Positions 9,993 to 19,085 of a DNA stretch of 64,000 nt are shown here, one piece after another. The notes under the pieces are model-generated. The model did no database searches. It was not told the origin of the DNA and worked only from the letters and a program-made list of their open reading frames with translations. A program made the position numbers and the translations under genes. The stretch is from a virus, in the IMG/VR virus record IMGVR_UViG_3300033146_004128, positions 1-64,000 of that record; one strand, 5' to 3'. Numbering within the stretch: position 1 is the first letter of the stretch; the number at the start of each line of letters is the position of its first letter.

Positions 9993-10953
9993 AGTAAGTT
10001 TATTGGCAGAGAGTAAGGGAATATTCGGGAGTGCCGGAGATGTGTCCATATGGGACTTTTCTCGTGCAAACACTGATAAGGAAGCCAGGGTTGATGCAGT
10101 GCAGAAAGTAGCATCAATATGTTTTAACTCAAGTGTAAAGGTTGGATCGTCAGCACTGTACGATAAGCTTATGGCAGAGTCGCTAGGATTACCATCGTCT
10201 TCGTTTGAGTTTGTCCCTGTTCTGCTTAATGTAGATGATATAGAGATGATAAATTCTGAATATATGAGGCATGTTCTTCATGTATCAGGTGATTTTGTGC
10301 AGATTCCGAATGTGGAGAAGTATGGACACACTATCATCAAGGGAAATGATGTATATAAGCTTACAAACCTTAGGGCGCTTCTGTACGATATTGCATCAAT
10401 AAACACCACGAGAACAGACGAGGATAAGATTGATGCATCATCAAGATTCTTCAACACAAAAGCAGAAGAGATTGAAATTATCAAAGATAACTTCTTTGTA
10501 TTTAACTCTAAAATCGATATCGTAACTGCCAGACAATTTATACGGCATCGTGTAAGCTGGCAAGAATTATCGAGACGCTATGTTTCTGGAAAGAAAGTTC
10601 CTTTCGAGGTTTATCTTACAGAGGATATGGCATCAGATGATATCAATATAGAGATTAGTGACGCCCTTGGATGGGAAAAGCCACTGGTAGATACCGGAGA
10701 TGATGATATAAACATTACGGCTGTGCAGTTAGTCATGTTGTGTCTTAAGATGTATGATGCAGCTATAGAGAATGGGGTAAAACCTCAAGAGGCAAGACGC
10801 ATAATCCCGCAAGGGGCAATGACGCAAATGTGGTCGGCATGGATGCCTGGAGCATTCAAGAGCATGATAGAGCTAAGAACAGAGGCAAAAGCGCAGTGGG
10901 AAATAAGAACGCTTGCCAAAGAAATGGAACGTCTTGTCGAGCGTACTCGATAG
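9985..10953 (+). CDS. thyX: flavin-dependent thymidylate synthase
   Basis: ARQFIRHRVSWQELSRRY, EARRIIPQG, LRTEAKAQWEIR. Confidence 0.92.
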   Translation: MGKVSLLAESKGIFGSAGDVSIWDFSRANTDKEARVDAVQKVASICFNSSVKVGSSALYDKLMAESLGLPSSSFEFVPVLLNVDDIEMINSEYMRHVLHVSGDFVQIPNVEKYGHTIIKGNDVYKLTNLRALLYDIASINTTRTDEDKIDASSRFFNTKAEEIEIIKDNFFVFNSKIDIVTARQFIRHRVSWQELSRRYVSGKKVPFEVYLTEDMASDDINIEISDALGWEKPLVDTGDDDINITAVQLVMLCLKMYDAAIENGVKPQEARRIIPQGAMTQMWSAWMPGAFKSMIELRTEAKAQWEIRTLAKEMERLVERTR

Positions 10954-11128
10954 GATAGGAGACATTAATATGCTACAAGTATGCCTAATCCTGCTGGGCA
11001 GAATTGTTCTAACATATTTTGAGAATAAATACAGCTAGAGCTTAGGCTCTGGCACAATAATTAAACAGTAATGGTACACGTATGGAAAACCCATATAGCA
11101 GGAGTGAAACATAAAAAAGGAGAATGAA

Positions 11129-11293
11129 ATGTATGACGTAATAGTTGAAGTTGGTACTCTTGGACAGACTCTTGAGGTTACGGTTAGCGTAGACAACGTT
11201 GACTCTGAAGAGGATGCAAAGAATGAGGCTGAAGAGTGGGCTAGGGACAATCTTCATGTAGTGGCAACTGACGCAGAAAAAATGGAAGAGTAG
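11129..11293 (+). CDS. small acidic protein, DpnD/PcfM-like motif (54 aa)
   Basis: MYDVIVEV...VDSEEDAKNEA; AAGGAG RBS. Confidence 0.6.
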   Translation: MYDVIVEVGTLGQTLEVTVSVDNVDSEEDAKNEAEEWARDNLHVVATDAEKMEE

Positions 11294-11295
11294 AT

Positions 11296-11835
11296 ATGAT
11301 TATTTCTGTTGATAAGAACAGGAAGTATAACGGAATGCTAAACGATATACGTGAGAGCATATCCCCAGGAGATACATCAAAAGAGTTTAGACAAACAATA
11401 AAGATGCTTGACCCTGACTTCCCTGTCGGAGATAATGGTGAGAAAATAAGTATGAGGGATATAACAGATGATGATTTTGAAGATCACCTATCCTTTGTAA
11501 AAACAATGTGCCTAAGAAGAGGTGTTAGGCTTGACTACTTTAATGACGGTGATGTGATGGTAGCAAGAGAAGCAGAGATAGGAATAAGAATAGGTCAAGA
11601 TATCGAAGAATCTGATGGAATGATCATTGTTGGAATCGTATGCTCAAACTGCGGTGCCGAAACAATACGTGGTCTATCAGATGCAAGATATGAAGAGGTA
11701 GCAGATATAGTGTCTGGCAAAAGAGAAGAGTCATTTGACCCGGTTACTGATTCATTTATATGTGCAGGATGTATAGTCCTTGACAAATTTAACGGAGGTG
11801 TTGATGCAGAAGATTACAGTAGAGAGTGTGTATAA
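11296..11835 (+). CDS. hypothetical protein with two CxxC motifs
   Basis: CSNC and CAGC. Confidence 0.75.
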   Translation: MIISVDKNRKYNGMLNDIRESISPGDTSKEFRQTIKMLDPDFPVGDNGEKISMRDITDDDFEDHLSFVKTMCLRRGVRLDYFNDGDVMVAREAEIGIRIGQDIEESDGMIIVGIVCSNCGAETIRGLSDARYEEVADIVSGKREESFDPVTDSFICAGCIVLDKFNGGVDAEDYSRECV

Positions 11836-11983
11836 AGACCTACACAGTACAAGAAAGAAGCTATTAATCAAGAGAGGTGCCACAGAAGATCAGGCCAACA
11901 GAAAGTCAACTATATATGCCGTGCGGACAGCATGGGAAATGTTTAGTGCAATAACAAAAAAAGGATGTAGAGATGGAAGATAA
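11804..11983 (+). CDS. hypothetical protein
   Basis: GGAGG RBS before ATG11804. Confidence 0.65.
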   Translation: MQKITVESVYKDLHSTRKKLLIKRGATEDQANRKSTIYAVRTAWEMFSAITKKGCRDGR

Positions 11984-12332
11984 TATCAAAAACAAAGAGA
12001 AGCTGTACGGGAGATATGAGGATCAGAATGAGGCAGTAGCAGAGATTGTAAAAGTTCTCGATAAGTTAAGAGGAGTGATGGCTACAGGGCACACCGGCTT
12101 ATCTCCTGAAGAGACAGTTGACTATACGATTATTGCACTTAAGCTAACAAGATCTGTTACAGCCCAGGGTGAATCAGCCAAAGATTCATGGCTAGACCTA
12201 GCTAACTACTCAAGACTTGTATGTAGAAGAAGAACCGGTGTAGATATTGCAAGCGACTTTAAGGCTATTTCAGATTCAGTACTTGGAACAACAGACATGA
12301 GCAATATTGTGCTTGAAGAAGGCAGACGATGA
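11973..12332 (+). CDS. DUF6378/Nmad1-like helical protein
   Basis: LKLTR...DSWLDLANYS resembles the DSxxDxAGY motif. Confidence 0.55.
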   Translation: MEDNIKNKEKLYGRYEDQNEAVAEIVKVLDKLRGVMATGHTGLSPEETVDYTIIALKLTRSVTAQGESAKDSWLDLANYSRLVCRRRTGVDIASDFKAISDSVLGTTDMSNIVLEEGRR

Positions 12333-12535
12333 GCCGGTATGAATGTACAGCATGCGGAAATAAGGAGGTTTTTACCTCGCTTGGAAGAGTGGATGCAGTT
12401 GCTAAAATAGATGGGGATGGAAGGTTTGTTGAGTGGATAGAGATGGATGTGAATCCTGTCATGGGTGAGTTTGAAGAGCCCTATGCCTGTGAGGTGTGCG
12501 GATGTGAAGATATAAAGGATTCAGAATATGATTGA
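12329..12535 (+). CDS. zinc-ribbon protein
   Basis: CTACG...CEVCG. Confidence 0.7.
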   Translation: MSRYECTACGNKEVFTSLGRVDAVAKIDGDGRFVEWIEMDVNPVMGEFEEPYACEVCGCEDIKDSEYD

Positions 12536-12803
12536 TGATTACTATATTATGAAGGTAAACGAACTTGTGGATGGGCTTAACTTTGTCACAATCGTTCCAT
12601 ACAGCATATGCAATATATGTACGGAGCCAACCATCCAGTGCGGGGCAAAAGAATATCTACTAAATTTCTATGGAGAAGGGAATGGTTCGGAGACACAAGA
12701 TAGGGGAGAATACACTGTTGAGTTCACGAACGGAAGCATAGGTTATATCACCTATGAACAAGTAACAAAGGAGGAATTTGATGTCGTATCAAGATTTGTT
12801 TAA
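12528..12803 (+). CDS. hypothetical protein
   Basis: Coupled ORF. Confidence 0.7.
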   Translation: MIDDYYIMKVNELVDGLNFVTIVPYSICNICTEPTIQCGAKEYLLNFYGEGNGSETQDRGEYTVEFTNGSIGYITYEQVTKEEFDVVSRFV

Positions 12804-13866
12804 AAAGGTAGGAAAGAGATCGTCTGACTATCGTCATGCGCCAGGGGCATATGACTATGATGGTCTTGCCCATTGGTGGGCATACAACTATGGGTACAAG
12901 ACCACTGGGAAAGGTAGAATGTCAGCTGACGGAAATACTATACTTAGCTATAATACTGTGATCGCAGTAATGATGGATCCTCCAAAAGGTAAGACTGAAC
13001 CGCTTGTACTTATTTCAAAATATAACTACAGCTCAACAACAGCAACTCATATTGGGTCAGTGCTTAACGCTGTAAGGCATATGAATGTTATATATGTTGA
13101 TGAGGTTGAACCTACAGTGCATAGAGATCACATACGTAATCTTGAGGGTTTCAGGAGTGGTATGGAGGCAATGGCAGAAGCATATCGCAAAGCAAGAGTT
13201 GATCATACGAGAGCAGCATACGCAGAGTCTTTCATAAAAAAGAAAGATAATGCAGAAGTGTATGCGAAGTACTTCAAGCTAAGAAGAGAATCTGTGTATA
13301 AATCAATCATGAGAATGCCTGATCCGTATGACAAAGATTTTGAGAAAATACTTGGTGCCGAGATCGATAAAAGGATCAAGAAGGAGAAGGCTGATAGAGC
13401 AAGAGAAAAAAGAGAACTTTTCGAGAAGGAAAAAGAAGAGAAAAAACTTGCAGATATCAAGCTTGAAAGATGGAAGAATGGTGAGGATGTATACGTAAAC
13501 AAGAGATTTATGGACAAGACATACATAAGGCTCAAAGATGGATTTATTGAGACTACAGAGAATGCATCGATCCCTGCTAGAGAAGCGTGTGTTGCATTCA
13601 AAAGATACTCAAATGGTAAGCTTAAGAAGGGTGCCCACATTGGAGTGTACACATTTGGCGGAGTAGATAGCTCAGGAGATGCTCATATTGGTTGTCACTC
13701 TATCCCATATGATGACATTAAGTCACTAATGGAAACAGTGAAGCCGGGCGACCTGGAGATGGGGAAGGGTGACAAGATAGAATCATTTGATGATATCGAG
13801 GCAGACATAAGAGCATCTTCCGTAGTTCCTGAAAGAATGCTTGGTAATCAAGATGTATCCGGCTAA
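12781..13866 (+). CDS. conserved phage hypothetical protein
   Basis: ILSYNTVIA...YSSTTATH motif seen in phage proteins; central coiled coil. Confidence 0.75.
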   Translation: MSYQDLFKKVGKRSSDYRHAPGAYDYDGLAHWWAYNYGYKTTGKGRMSADGNTILSYNTVIAVMMDPPKGKTEPLVLISKYNYSSTTATHIGSVLNAVRHMNVIYVDEVEPTVHRDHIRNLEGFRSGMEAMAEAYRKARVDHTRAAYAESFIKKKDNAEVYAKYFKLRRESVYKSIMRMPDPYDKDFEKILGAEIDKRIKKEKADRAREKRELFEKEKEEKKLADIKLERWKNGEDVYVNKRFMDKTYIRLKDGFIETTENASIPAREACVAFKRYSNGKLKKGAHIGVYTFGGVDSSGDAHIGCHSIPYDDIKSLMETVKPGDLEMGKGDKIESFDDIEADIRASSVVPERMLGNQDVSG

Positions 13867-14584
13867 CTGCCTAAGTAGGGATGTACTTGAGAGAATAAGG
13901 CATGGTAAGAACTTTACCGTATATCATGGAACTCCCATAACTCCAAACAGGGTTTTTGAGGAGCATATGAGGTTTAGGAATGTCCTTGTTAGCTTTGCAA
14001 GACCAGATCAATTTGAGTTAGCAAAGATACATGCAAAAGAGATAATGATAGACAATGGTGCCTTCTCTATATGGACTCAGAATAAAAGGCGGGGTAAAAA
14101 AAAGACAATCTCGTGGGACCCCTACTATGCGTGGATAGATGAGATATATGCAGACATAACAGAGTTTATATTGCCGGATGTTATAGATGGAAGTGAGGAG
14201 GATAATGATGCCTTACTTACAGAATGCAATCTTATGAATGGCATACCAGTATGGCATGTTAATGAAAGTTTTGCAAGGCTTGAGAGGTTGGCATCAGACT
14301 ATCCGTATATTGCATTTGGTAGTGCAGGAGAGTTCTCGACACTAGGTACAACAGCATGGAACAGAAGAGTGTCTACAGCAATGAGAATATTGAGTGATGA
14401 TGATGGGGTGCCACTAACAAAAGTGCACATGCTCAGGTGTTTAAATCACAAGATATTTAGCAAGTATGCATTTTATAGCGGAGACAGTACGAACCTTGCC
14501 AGGAACCATTCACGGGACACACCTGAGAAGATACTGGAAAGACTATCAGGTAAAGATGGACTAAAAAGGAGAAAATTATGCTAG
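13853..14584 (+). CDS. tRNA-guanine transglycosylase (TGT/DpdA)-like TIM-barrel protein
   Basis: YHGTP, VSFARPDQ, IDNGAF, PDVI, PVWH, VHMLR, GDSTN; these parallel the TGT DSGGF, D, H and D catalytic positions. Confidence 0.72.
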   Translation: MYPANCLSRDVLERIRHGKNFTVYHGTPITPNRVFEEHMRFRNVLVSFARPDQFELAKIHAKEIMIDNGAFSIWTQNKRRGKKKTISWDPYYAWIDEIYADITEFILPDVIDGSEEDNDALLTECNLMNGIPVWHVNESFARLERLASDYPYIAFGSAGEFSTLGTTAWNRRVSTAMRILSDDDGVPLTKVHMLRCLNHKIFSKYAFYSGDSTNLARNHSRDTPEKILERLSGKDGLKRRKLC

Positions 14585-14964
14585 AGAATGAAATAGCAAA
14601 CATAAAAAAAGCGATTCAATATGTGATGGATGACAACATGGGTGGTCTTGCATATGACCAAGACTGTTGGGATCATGGCATCCATGAGCATATGGATGCG
14701 TCTACAATGCCTTTTGAATTATCTTTTGATGAAGAGATGGCAGAGAGAACGGAAGCAGAGATACAGGAGCTTAGACCATTCATGCTTACTTGGTTAGAAG
14801 AGACATTGAGTGCAGCAGTTAATTCAAGAGTATATGAATGTTTGTGGCATACATATGGTATAACAGGAGAAACAATCGTAGACTACAATACATGGCATGA
14901 TTGCGAAGAGCAAGAGGAGAAGAATTGGTTTAGGCTAATGTCTACAAAAAGACTAAGAAAATAG
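14578..14964 (+). CDS. acidic protein, possibly Ocr-like DNA mimic
   Basis: Very acidic; IHEHMDASTMP and SRVYECLW weakly resemble T7 gp0.3. Confidence 0.35.
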   Translation: MLENEIANIKKAIQYVMDDNMGGLAYDQDCWDHGIHEHMDASTMPFELSFDEEMAERTEAEIQELRPFMLTWLEETLSAAVNSRVYECLWHTYGITGETIVDYNTWHDCEEQEEKNWFRLMSTKRLRK

Positions 14965-14977
14965 CGAGGGTAAAAAT

Positions 14978-15232
14978 ATGAAATTAGAAGAGATAAAAGA
15001 AGCCGTAAACAGCGGCAAAAAAGTTTGCTGGAAACAGCCAAATTATGTTGTGGAGAAGACCACTGGAGAGTCGTTGGACCCAGAAACTCTACAGCACATA
15101 CCATATGAAGACTACGATATCGTATGCAGAAGCAATGATCACAGGATTGGTTTGACATGGACTGACGGGTTGACCCTTAACGGAAAAGAAGAAGACTTCT
15201 ATATTCTTGAGGAGTGCGAAGATGCAGTATGA
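14978..15232 (+). CDS. hypothetical protein
   Basis: GAGG RBS, coupled ORF. Confidence 0.75.
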   Translation: MKLEEIKEAVNSGKKVCWKQPNYVVEKTTGESLDPETLQHIPYEDYDIVCRSNDHRIGLTWTDGLTLNGKEEDFYILEECEDAV

Positions 15233-15449
15233 TGATCTTGAAGTGTTCTACAAATTCTGTGTAAACAGAATTAACTACGATATATTCGAGGATATCATGA
15301 TGGACATATATCCGGGTAGCGAAAGATATATTGAAGATAAATGGCCTACATTCAGGAACTCCCCTGTGATGTTTATTGTGTCAAGAGGAGAAAAAAGGTT
15401 GTTCGATACCATCATGAAGATGATAGAAGACGCCGACTATAAAGGATAG
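15222..15449 (+). CDS. hypothetical protein
   Basis: GGAG RBS before ATG15222. Confidence 0.7.
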   Translation: MQYDDLEVFYKFCVNRINYDIFEDIMMDIYPGSERYIEDKWPTFRNSPVMFIVSRGEKRLFDTIMKMIEDADYKG

Positions 15450-15451
15450 AT

Positions 15452-16915
15452 ATGTATAACGGGAAGATGATAATCGACCTATTCGCAGGAGGTGGAGGCG
15501 CAAGCACAGGAATAGAGCTCGCACTTGGTGTGAGTCCTGACGTGGCAGTAAACCACGATCCACAGGCTATTGAACTTCATAAGGCAAACCATCCTGATAC
15601 GAAACACTATATTGAAGACGTATATGATGTTGACCCATCTATGGTTTGTGGAGACAATGAAGTTGCTCTACTATGGATGAGCCCAGACTGTAAGCACTTC
15701 AGCAAAGCAAAAGGTGGAAAGCCTGTAAGTTGCGATGTTAGAAGCCTTGCATGGGTTGGAATAAGGTGGGCGAAAGCTGTGTCTCCAGATATTATCATAC
15801 TTGAGAACGTAGAGGAGTTCCAAGACTGGGGACCTCTAGATGAAAACAATAAACCTATCAAGAAAGATAAGGGTTTAATATTCAAGATTTTCATAAATAC
15901 ACTTGAGGAGATGGGATATACGGTTGAGTGGAGAGAACTTAGGGCATCAGACTATGGTGCTCCCACCATAAGGAAGAGACTATTCGTTGTGGCGAGCAAG
16001 AGTGGACCTATAGTATGGCCAGAGCCTACGCATGGTGATCCGGAAAAGTATCCGGATAGAGAGCCTTGGAAAACAGCAGGAGATTGTATTGACTGGTCTT
16101 TGCCAGTATATTCAATATTCCTTACAAAAGAGGAAGGAAAGAAATATGGAGTCAGAAGACCGCTCGTCAAGAACACACTTGACAGAATCGGTAAGGGTGT
16201 CAAAAAGTTCATCATTGACAATAAGAAACCTTACATCGTCAAAAACGAAACCAGCTTTGTCTCAACCTATTATGGACCAACAAAAAATGGAGGTGCCCGT
16301 GGTTCCAAGATCGATAGTCCAGTTGGAACAATTACGGCAGGCGGCAGCAGGCACGCATTGTGTACCGCCTTCCTCGCCCAACATAATGCAGGAAATGTCG
16401 GAAGAAAAGCAGAAGAACCATTTTCCACTATCACAACAACGGGGTCCCAGCAACAGCTCGTTAAAGCAGATCTTGAAGAGGTTCGTGGATACATAATGAA
16501 AATGAGGAATGGGAACATTGGATTTAAGACAGACTCTCCAATGCATACCATAACAGCAGGTGGAGGTCACTTTGCTGATGTTAGAGCGTATATTATGAAG
16601 TATTACGGTAATGGAGAAGGATCGGTACTGGATGAACCGGCGCACACCATAACAACAAAAGAGAGATTCGCTCTTATTGAGGTTGAAGGTGCTGAGTATG
16701 AGATCGTTGACATTGCAATGAGGATGTTTACACCTCGTGAGCTATACAGAGCACAGGGATTCCCTGAGAGCTATAAAATAAATATTATGTATGAAGGTAA
16801 GCCCCTTCCAAAAACTGCGCAAGTAAGAATGTGTGGGAACAGTGTAGTTCCTATGCTTGCAAAGATTTTGGTTGAGAGTAATGTAAAAATTTGTGAAGGA
16901 GAAAAAGTTGCCTAA
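15452..16915 (+). CDS. C5 DNA cytosine methyltransferase
   Basis: DLFAGGGG (I), SPDC (IV), ENVEEF (VI), YGAPTIRKR (VIII), MCGNSV (X). Confidence 0.95.
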   Translation: MYNGKMIIDLFAGGGGASTGIELALGVSPDVAVNHDPQAIELHKANHPDTKHYIEDVYDVDPSMVCGDNEVALLWMSPDCKHFSKAKGGKPVSCDVRSLAWVGIRWAKAVSPDIIILENVEEFQDWGPLDENNKPIKKDKGLIFKIFINTLEEMGYTVEWRELRASDYGAPTIRKRLFVVASKSGPIVWPEPTHGDPEKYPDREPWKTAGDCIDWSLPVYSIFLTKEEGKKYGVRRPLVKNTLDRIGKGVKKFIIDNKKPYIVKNETSFVSTYYGPTKNGGARGSKIDSPVGTITAGGSRHALCTAFLAQHNAGNVGRKAEEPFSTITTTGSQQQLVKADLEEVRGYIMKMRNGNIGFKTDSPMHTITAGGGHFADVRAYIMKYYGNGEGSVLDEPAHTITTKERFALIEVEGAEYEIVDIAMRMFTPRELYRAQGFPESYKINIMYEGKPLPKTAQVRMCGNSVVPMLAKILVESNVKICEGEKVA

Positions 16916-17162
16916 ATATGAGAAAATAGAAGCATATAAATATGATGGAAAGATCTACGAATCAAAAGAAGAAGTAGATAAGGCAGACGAGCGTAATGTT
17001 GCAAGGAGTATCGTTTTGATAGTTGGAGACATGATGCAATACAACGAGTACGACAAGGCTATGGCAGTTATAAATAAACTGTTAGGATCAGGGGTGACAA
17101 GCAGAAAAGCTCTTGAGAAAATGCTTGTAACACTAGAAAGACTTGAGCTGGAGGAAGGGTGA
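16893..17162 (+). CDS. hypothetical protein
   Basis: Coupled ORF; start uncertain. Confidence 0.65.
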   Translation: MKEKKLPKYEKIEAYKYDGKIYESKEEVDKADERNVARSIVLIVGDMMQYNEYDKAMAVINKLLGSGVTSRKALEKMLVTLERLELEEG

Positions 17163-17314
17163 TGAAAAAAGAGGATATGGTAGACCTACTGAGGTCTTTG
17201 TCGATTATCGAAGGTGCAATTTGTACATGTGAAAGCTCTGTGCAAGAGAGAGTAAATGACGAATTGGAATGGTGTGTAGAGATGCTACTTAATAAAATCA
17301 AGGAGAGCAAATGA
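17162..17314 (+). CDS. hypothetical protein (50 aa)
   Basis: MKKEDMVDLL...; TGATG and ATGA coupling on both sides. Confidence 0.6.
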   Translation: MKKEDMVDLLRSLSIIEGAICTCESSVQERVNDELEWCVEMLLNKIKESK

Positions 17315-17601
17315 CAAAAGAAGAAGCGATCATGGTTGAAAACTACTACGAGTCCGGGTATATGATAAAGATAGATGCTAACGGATATGTTGACTCTGAG
17401 GTGCATTGCATTATGCCAAACGAAAGTGGGGAGCTGTGCTATGACAGTGAAGTGTTTAGTGAGATGCCGCTGTCTCAAGTTCACATATCTTCAGTGTCTA
17501 TATTGAAGCCCATATTTGAGGTATCCACAAGTGATAGACCTACAACAGAGGGTGAGCCTGGGTACTATGAGATCAGAAAAGTTGATGGAGAGGATGTATA
17601 A
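17311..17601 (+). CDS. hypothetical protein
   Basis: AAGGAG RBS. Confidence 0.7.
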   Translation: MTKEEAIMVENYYESGYMIKIDANGYVDSEVHCIMPNESGELCYDSEVFSEMPLSQVHISSVSILKPIFEVSTSDRPTTEGEPGYYEIRKVDGEDV

Positions 17602-17602
17602 T

Positions 17603-17926
17603 ATGAGAGGATACGATATAGAAGAGGGTACAGAAAAGATAAGAGAAATTCTTGGCGAGGGGTTTTATCCGGAAGACTATCTTAACTTTACACGGAAGAT
17701 TGAGAATATCTTATCTGAGATAGAGGAAAGAAGTACAGAGCTTGAGCGCAAGGAGAGACAACTTGAGAGCGAGCATAAAAATGGATTTACTCTAAATTTA
17801 TACAACGAGGATTTCAACTCGGACAATATCTGGGAAGACATCTGTGATGTAGTTAAAGAGGATCACGAGTGCTCGGCAATGGAACTGAAAGTAATTTCAG
17901 TATCGTGTAATTACGACGATGAATGA
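17603..17926 (+). CDS. hypothetical acidic protein
   Basis: Coupled ORF; start adjusted. Confidence 0.7.
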   Translation: MRGYDIEEGTEKIREILGEGFYPEDYLNFTRKIENILSEIEERSTELERKERQLESEHKNGFTLNLYNEDFNSDNIWEDICDVVKEDHECSAMELKVISVSCNYDDE

Positions 17927-18137
17927 TCTTGAATACTACGCAGACAAGTTGTCTGGCATGCCGGTGTACTCGGAAGAAATGCATAAGTTTGGTCATATTG
18001 TAAGTGTGTATGAGAACGAAAGCTGTGCTTTGATTGCCCTATTTAATGAGGGGGCAGGATGCGAGGATATAGAGGTTCCCGCTGGAAGTGTGACACTTCT
18101 TGAGGATCTTCCATGTGAAGGAGAAATAGATGAGTAG
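17919..18137 (+). CDS. hypothetical acidic protein
   Basis: Coupled ORF. Confidence 0.65.
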   Translation: MNDLEYYADKLSGMPVYSEEMHKFGHIVSVYENESCALIALFNEGAGCEDIEVPAGSVTLLEDLPCEGEIDE

Positions 18138-18525
18138 ATGTAAATGGACGGCGCAAGGCGCAAACGATTACTACGATGATAATACAGATAGATTCTACGA
18201 TGAAAGGCTTGAGTATTTTATTGACTATGTAATAGATCAAGTAGAAGGTCAAGGATTTCTCAATAAGGATGACAGAAAGGAGTGGGAAACCTTTGCAGAG
18301 AACTATATTGGAAATCTAGATTTAGAGACAAGTCTAGACCTGTTTGCCTTTCAGGAGAGTGTTCCGGTTGACAGGATGGCGAAGATTATTGACAACTTTC
18401 AAGAGGAGCCAGAATTCAGCGAGGTTGGAGAATGGCTTGTCTCTGAGTATGAAGGAGTGCTTGGCGACTGTGCAGACCAGGCGTATGAAGAATACAGAGA
18501 TAGACAGATGGAGGAAGCAGAATGA
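18130..18525 (+). CDS. hypothetical acidic protein
   Basis: Coupled ORF, D/E-rich. Confidence 0.75.
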   Translation: MSRCKWTAQGANDYYDDNTDRFYDERLEYFIDYVIDQVEGQGFLNKDDRKEWETFAENYIGNLDLETSLDLFAFQESVPVDRMAKIIDNFQEEPEFSEVGEWLVSEYEGVLGDCADQAYEEYRDRQMEEAE

Positions 18526-18758
18526 ATGTTATGATGAACGAAGAGAAGGTGCGCATGCATCAGGATGAAATGGATGGATTTTGCATTGACTGTGGGGAGA
18601 TAACACATGGTGGAGTTGAGCCTGATGCTATAGGGCGTAAGTGTGAGTTTTGCGGAGAAGAAAAAGTTGTCGGTATGGAGACTGCAATTCTGTATGATTG
18701 GATAATTGTATCAGAAAGCAAGACACCAATGCTGGATCAATACAAGGATTCGAAGTGA
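18522..18758 (+). CDS. zinc-ribbon protein
   Basis: FCIDCGE...VEPDA...KCEFCG, a common phage motif. Confidence 0.7.
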   Translation: MNVMMNEEKVRMHQDEMDGFCIDCGEITHGGVEPDAIGRKCEFCGEEKVVGMETAILYDWIIVSESKTPMLDQYKDSK

Positions 18759-18952
18759 AAGTTACAATAATTCAAGAGGTTAGATACGCAGTAGAATGTA
18801 CGCCTGAGGCACTTGACTATGTTAAAAAAACGTTGTTAAGAGAATGCCCACTTGGTCTTCATGGAGCAGGTCCAGATGGAGGATATAGAATAGATAGAGA
18901 GGGAATTGAAAATATAAAGGTACTAAATGGAAAGCAAAAAACTTCCAAGTGA
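18755..18952 (+). CDS. hypothetical protein
   Basis: GTGA coupling. Confidence 0.6.
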   Translation: MKVTIIQEVRYAVECTPEALDYVKKTLLRECPLGLHGAGPDGGYRIDREGIENIKVLNGKQKTSK

Positions 18953-19085
18953 GGGCAGATGGATATCTGTCGGAGTAGGAGAGGTGTATATTGATTCTAA
19001 AAAGTGGGGGAAAATACCACTAGAGGAATTTAAAAAACGAGGCGGAGTGTTAAGATTCGCAGATAACAATGAAGGAAAAAAATGA
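18927..19085 (+). CDS. hypothetical protein (52 aa)
   Basis: MESKKLPSEGRW...; ATGA-coupled to the ATPase. Confidence 0.55.
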   Translation: MESKKLPSEGRWISVGVGEVYIDSKKWGKIPLEEFKKRGGVLRFADNNEGKK

